DNA of 32,000 nt, taken from Synechococcus elongatus PCC 6301. Lineage in GTDB: Bacteria; Cyanobacteriota; Cyanobacteriia; Synechococcales; Synechococcaceae. The stretch spans positions 360,001 through 392,000 of the forward strand of contig NC_006576.1 of the NCBI RefSeq assembly GCF_000010065.1, in the 5' to 3' direction. The notes under the pieces were generated by a model, which ran no database searches, was not told the DNA's origin, and worked only from the letters and a program-made list of their open reading frames with translations. Numbering within the stretch: the stretch's first letter is position 1; each line of letters begins with the position of its first letter. Made by a program: the position numbers and the translations under genes. Shown in pieces: positions 27,825 to 32,000 of the stretch.

Positions 27825-30293
27825 TTGTCCCTGCAATCGCCCGTGAAGTCTTTCCCGTTCGCCCGTTCGCCTGCCCATGCCAGCGATCGCCGCGATGCCC
27901 TAATCCTGCTGGGGTTCTGGCTCCTGTCCTTAGCGATCGATGGACTTTGGCGGGGCTTCGATCTGGCACCCCCAGCTTGGGATCAAGGCGATCACTTCAG
28001 TCGGGCACTCGCCTTTTGGCAGGCTTGGCAATCGCCGCAGCTTTTGGATGGAGGCTGGTGGACGCAACTATGGCAATTGGCACCGACCTATCGCGGGCCG
28101 CTGACCTACCTGTTGACCCTGCCACTCTTCTCGTTATTCGGCGCGAACTGGGAGAGCGCGATCGCTAGCAACGGTCTGTTTAGCGGGCTGCTACTGATTA
28201 GCACCTACGGACTGGGACGACTCTACGCCAATCGCACAACAGGTTTGGTTGCAGCAGGGTTGAGTTTGGCCGTGCCGCTGACGATCATTCAGCGCGTCGA
28301 CTACCTGATCGACTACAGCCTAACGGCGATGTTGACGCTGACATGGCTCTGCCTATCGCTTTGGCAATTCGCCCGGACTCCCAAGCGAAGACTGGGTGCA
28401 GCGATCGCGAGTGGGATAGCGATCGCGGCTGTCTTTTTAACCCGTCCCACTGGACTTCTCTTCCTCTGGTTACCTTTCCTGTGGCTGGCGATCGCGGCGG
28501 TACTGCAACTATTTCGACGGTACCGCTGGCAACCCCTAGCAGAACTGCTGTTGGTGAGTGGCATTGCTGGACTATTGTCTTGGCCATGGTTTAGCACCAA
28601 CTGGCTGACGATCCTCTCCTCGATTGCCAATGCCCGCGACTGGGGCGTGAAGTATCAGGAAGGCTTGGAGGCGAATACCCTTTCAGGTTGGCTCTACTAC
28701 CCCGAGAATCTGCCCGAGATGCTGTCGCCTTGGCTGCTCGGAGTCCTGATTGTCAGTAGTGCGAGCGCCGGCGTTTGGCTCTGGAAGCGAGGCGAATCGG
28801 GACCCGGTTCCCGCGATCGCTGGCTCTGGCTGGCGGGCTTCCTGTTGGGCGCTTATCTAGTCTGTGTGCTGGGAAGTACTAAGGTCACCCGCTTCTTCCT
28901 GCCGCTGCTGCCCAGCCTGATCGTGCCGTTGGTGACTCTACCAACGGTTCTGCCGCGCCGCTGGCAAGTAGGGCTTTGGACTGGGGTTGGAGCGATCGCG
29001 ATCGCCGTGGGATTGCAAACGATCTTTCCGACACCGCTTCGTGCTAGCTGGCCGACCCGCTTTCCCCAAACCCAAGCTTGGCCGTTGGCTGAGATTATTG
29101 AACGGATCCGCGAGACACAACCGCAGCTACAATCGACGCTGGCGGTCTTGACCGATGCTGAAGCCTTGAACGCCTTCAACCTTAACGCCGAGGGGCAAAA
29201 GCAGGACTTCAGTGTGTTTGCGCGGCAGACTCTAGCGCCCGAAGACAACTGGCAGGCAGATTTTCGAGCCTTTGACTGGTTCCTCAGCAAAACCGGCGAT
29301 CAGGGCGTGATGGCGGGTGAGCGGGAGAAACGACTGGTCGAGGCGATCGCGCAGTCTCCCGAATTCCAGTCGGTTGGGCAATGGCCACTCCCAGACGGCA
29401 GTCAAGCGGAACTGTGGCAGCGGCGAGCCCTGACCCTCTCAGCTAAACCGATCACCTGTCCCAGTCAGCCGCTGGAGCTCACGGTCACAGCACCCTCTCA
29501 AGCAAAAGCCGGTCAGCCCTTCCAGATCACCTATCGGCTACGTGGATCGATCGAACAGCTGCGCAACAGCCTGTTGTTGATCAGCTGGCAAAACGATCGC
29601 GATCGCCTCTGGGTTCAAGATCATCAACCCGGGCTGGGCTACCTCAAAGCCGGGAGGGACTGCGTGGAATTGGAAGAACGGCTAACCACTCAGGCACCGG
29701 ACTCTCTCCCTGAAGGCTCCTATCAGCTCCAGGTGCAACGCCTCGATCGAGAAACGGGCGATCGCCAAACCCTACGGACTGCCCCCACTGCGATCGCCCT
29801 TGGATCCACACCAGCCCCCATCAGTCCCACAGCCCTCGATCCGGTCAGTCGCTTGCATCAGTTGGGGGCACTCCTAGAGACTGGTCAGGTTGATCCGCTC
29901 TTTGCTGACGTGAATCTTCTCAATCAGGCTGATCCTGAGCAGCATTATCTGCACCAGGCGATCGCCAGTCTCCAAGCGCGGTTAGCGGATGAGCCGAACC
30001 AGTTGGACTGGCTTTATCCCCTCACCCTCAGCTATGTGCTGGAGCGGCAAGCCCCCCAAGCGGAGGCCGTGCTGCAGCGGATTGTGGCAGTCAATCCTGA
30101 CAATGCTTGGAACTGGACTTACCTCGGGTTTGTACAGCTCTATCAATTTCAAGGCAACAAGGCACAGCAGTCTCTACTGGAAGCTGCTCTGCGCCAGCCC
30201 GAAGTGCCGATCTTGCCGACTTTACAAGCGGTGGCAGCAGTGCAGTCTGGACAGTGGGGCGAAGCGATCGCCCGTTTACGGGGAGAGAAGTAA
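27825..30293 (+). CDS. ArnT/PMT-like (GT39/GT83) membrane glycosyltransferase with C-terminal TPR-like extension
   Basis: Multiple TM segments; WDQGDHFSRALAFWQ and GPLTYLLTLPLFSLFG near the N terminus, consistent with GT-C enzymes; TPR-like LDWLYPLTLSYVLERQAPQAEAVLQRIVAVNPDNAWNWTYLGFVQLYQ near the C terminus. TTG start. Confidence 0.75.
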   Translation: MSLQSPVKSFPFARSPAHASDRRDALILLGFWLLSLAIDGLWRGFDLAPPAWDQGDHFSRALAFWQAWQSPQLLDGGWWTQLWQLAPTYRGPLTYLLTLPLFSLFGANWESAIASNGLFSGLLLISTYGLGRLYANRTTGLVAAGLSLAVPLTIIQRVDYLIDYSLTAMLTLTWLCLSLWQFARTPKRRLGAAIASGIAIAAVFLTRPTGLLFLWLPFLWLAIAAVLQLFRRYRWQPLAELLLVSGIAGLLSWPWFSTNWLTILSSIANARDWGVKYQEGLEANTLSGWLYYPENLPEMLSPWLLGVLIVSSASAGVWLWKRGESGPGSRDRWLWLAGFLLGAYLVCVLGSTKVTRFFLPLLPSLIVPLVTLPTVLPRRWQVGLWTGVGAIAIAVGLQTIFPTPLRASWPTRFPQTQAWPLAEIIERIRETQPQLQSTLAVLTDAEALNAFNLNAEGQKQDFSVFARQTLAPEDNWQADFRAFDWFLSKTGDQGVMAGEREKRLVEAIAQSPEFQSVGQWPLPDGSQAELWQRRALTLSAKPITCPSQPLELTVTAPSQAKAGQPFQITYRLRGSIEQLRNSLLLISWQNDRDRLWVQDHQPGLGYLKAGRDCVELEERLTTQAPDSLPEGSYQLQVQRLDRETGDRQTLRTAPTAIALGSTPAPISPTALDPVSRLHQLGALLETGQVDPLFADVNLLNQADPEQHYLHQAIASLQARLADEPNQLDWLYPLTLSYVLERQAPQAEAVLQRIVAVNPDNAWNWTYLGFVQLYQFQGNKAQQSLLEAALRQPEVPILPTLQAVAAVQSGQWGEAIARLRGEK

Positions 30294-30296
30294 GGC

Positions 30297-31727
30297 ATGA
30301 ATGACCATACCGCCGCGATCGCGGCCCATTTTGATCAGCTAGCACCCAACCTCGATCGCTGGCGGCGACGCAACCGCACCTACTATCGCGATCTCGAAAA
30401 ACTGCATCGCTTCTGGATTCCTACCGGATCACGAGTGCTGCAGGTTGGTTCTGGTTTGGGCGATCTGCTAGCAACGGTTGAACCATCCTTCGGCATCGGG
30501 ATTGATGTCTCACCGCAGGCGGTGGCAATCGCTCAGCAACGCCATCCACAGCTGCAGTTCCACTGCTTGGCTGCCGAAGAGTTGACACCCGAGGCGATCG
30601 GCAATCCTGAGCCTTTTGACGCGATCATCCTGACGGGAGTGCTCAGCTACCTGACGGATATTCAAGTTGTGCTGGAGCAGCTCCAAGCCTTTTGTCATCC
30701 CCGCACGCGCTTAATCCTTGGCTTCCATAACTTCCTCTGGCAGCCCTTGCTCACGGCCGCTGAAAAGGTGGGACAGCGATCGCCCCAACCGCCCGAAAGC
30801 TGGCTGGGTATGCAGGATGTGCTCAATTTACTGACGCTGACGGGCTATGAACCAATCAAGCAGGGGCGGCGCTTCCTTCTGCCTCGGCAAATTCCGCTAC
30901 TGACCGGCTGGATTAACCGCTGGATCAGCCCGCTACCGGTGATTGAGCATCTAGCGCTGACTAACTATGTGATTGCGCGGCCCCTGGCTCAACCGCGATC
31001 GCAACCCACAGTCTCGGTGATTGTTCCGGCTCGCAATGAGGCGGGCAATATTGCAGCAGCAGTCGAACGCTTGCCAGAACTGGGGGCTGAGACAGAGCTG
31101 ATCTTCGTGGAAGGCCATTCCCGCGATCAGACTTGGGAGACGATCGAGCAGACGGTGGCGGAGTATCAAGGGCCGCTGAAACTGCTGGCCTGCCGCCAAA
31201 CTGGCAAAGGTAAAGCCGATGCAGTCCGGCTCGGCTTCGATAAAGCCAGCGGCGACATTTTGATGATTCTCGATGCTGACTTAACTGTGCAGCCGGAGGA
31301 TCTCGGCCATTTCTACCGCGCGATCGCCAGTGGCAGGGGCGAATTTATCAACGGCTCTCGGCTGGTCTATCCGCGATCGCGGCTGGCGATGCCGGGGCTG
31401 AATACCCTTGCTAATCGAACCTTCGCCCTGATCTTTTCCTTCCTACTCGGTCAGCCGCTTAAGGACACCCTCTGCGGCACCAAGGTGCTCTGGAAAACCG
31501 ACTACGATCGCGTGGCGGCAGGGCGGAAATACTTTGGTGACTTCGATCCCTTTGGTGACTTTGACCTACTGTTTGGTGCCGCTAAACTCGGCCTCGAAAT
31601 TGTCGAAGTACCAGTGCGTTATCAAGAGCGCAGCTACGGCAGTTCCAACATTGCTCATGTCCGCGAAGGGCTGATTCTGGCACGGATGTGTCTCTACGCC
31701 GCTGGCAAACTGAAGTTCCCTCACTAG
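30297..31727 (+). CDS. Bifunctional protein: SAM-dependent methyltransferase fused to GT2 (dolichyl-phosphate-mannose-synthase-like) glycosyltransferase
   Basis: N-terminal VLQVGSGLGDLLATVEPSFGIGIDVSPQAVAIAQQ (SAM-binding). C-terminal PTVSVIVPARNEAGNIAAAVERLPEL...GDILMILDADLTVQPEDLGHFYRAI...KYFGDFDPFGDFDLLFGAAKLGLEIVEVPVRYQERSYG. Confidence 0.88.
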   Translation: MNDHTAAIAAHFDQLAPNLDRWRRRNRTYYRDLEKLHRFWIPTGSRVLQVGSGLGDLLATVEPSFGIGIDVSPQAVAIAQQRHPQLQFHCLAAEELTPEAIGNPEPFDAIILTGVLSYLTDIQVVLEQLQAFCHPRTRLILGFHNFLWQPLLTAAEKVGQRSPQPPESWLGMQDVLNLLTLTGYEPIKQGRRFLLPRQIPLLTGWINRWISPLPVIEHLALTNYVIARPLAQPRSQPTVSVIVPARNEAGNIAAAVERLPELGAETELIFVEGHSRDQTWETIEQTVAEYQGPLKLLACRQTGKGKADAVRLGFDKASGDILMILDADLTVQPEDLGHFYRAIASGRGEFINGSRLVYPRSRLAMPGLNTLANRTFALIFSFLLGQPLKDTLCGTKVLWKTDYDRVAAGRKYFGDFDPFGDFDLLFGAAKLGLEIVEVPVRYQERSYGSSNIAHVREGLILARMCLYAAGKLKFPH

Positions 31728-31743
31728 TTCCAACTGGACTGTT

Positions 31744-32000
31744 TTGACTGCTGCTAAACCTCGCGCCTCAACCATCCCGGGCCAGCGCTGGATTTTACCG
31801 CTGCTGTTGGTCACCGCATTGCTCAATCTGGGGCTGATGATTTGGGGTGGCTGGCAGACGATTTGGCAACAGTTTCGCCAGATTCCAATCGCCTTCTATC
31901 CCCTCAGCCTCCTGCTGATGGGTTTGAGCTATAGTCTGGGCTTTTGGCGCTGGCACACCTATTTGCAAGTGCTTGATCATTGGCTGCCAGTCCGTTCCAG
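31744..32000 (+). CDS. Multi-TM protein, possibly UPF0104/LPG-synthase-TM-like (truncated by window end)
   Basis: TTG start, frame open to the edge: LTAAKPRASTIPGQRWILPLLLVTALLNLGLMIWGGWQTIWQQFRQIPIAFYPLSLLLMGLSYSLGFWRWHTYLQVLDHWLPVRS. Family call is weak. Confidence 0.5.
   Translation, partial: MTAAKPRASTIPGQRWILPLLLVTALLNLGLMIWGGWQTIWQQFRQIPIAFYPLSLLLMGLSYSLGFWRWHTYLQVLDHWLPVRS

Noticed and set aside
27695-28168. 157-aa plus-strand ORF between vapC and the glycosyltransferase
   Set aside because: Overlaps both neighbours out of frame; Arg/Gly/Ala-rich translation typical of shadow frames.

Overview
Cyanobacterial chromosome window. Content matches Synechococcus elongatus (PCC 7942/6301 type): KaiA/KaiB/KaiC lengths and sequences, nrtCD-narB order, frequent GCGATCGC (HIP1) motifs. 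From left to right: the end of a nitrate-assimilation operon (nrtC partial, nrtD, narB); small membrane proteins and a channel-like protein; petC-petA; lgt, cobM, an EamA transporter; radC, tRNA-Val(CAC), a degenerate M16 peptidase homolog, pcyA; a devB-devC pair with no adjacent devA; truB, a CheY-like regulator, rplU-rpmA; the circadian clock cluster kaiA-kaiB-kaiC; an acyl-CoA dehydrogenase-like gene and a glutathione peroxidase. A ~3.9 kb accessory segment (about 23.9-27.76 kb) follows. It holds a PIN/antitoxin pair, a tandem alternating DUF4160-DUF2442 array with a vestigial DUF2442-like tail upstream, a yefM-yoeB pair with a TGTACA operator, an orphan antitoxin-like ORF, a tyrosine-recombinase C-terminal remnant and a second Phd-type/PIN module. 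The window ends in a polyprenyl-linked sugar/glycosyltransferase cluster with a methyltransferase-GT2 fusion. The observations I rate highest are the DUF4160/DUF2442 array with its relic tail and the toxin-antitoxin island next to the clock genes. All family names are assigned by eye from motifs; no database search was run.
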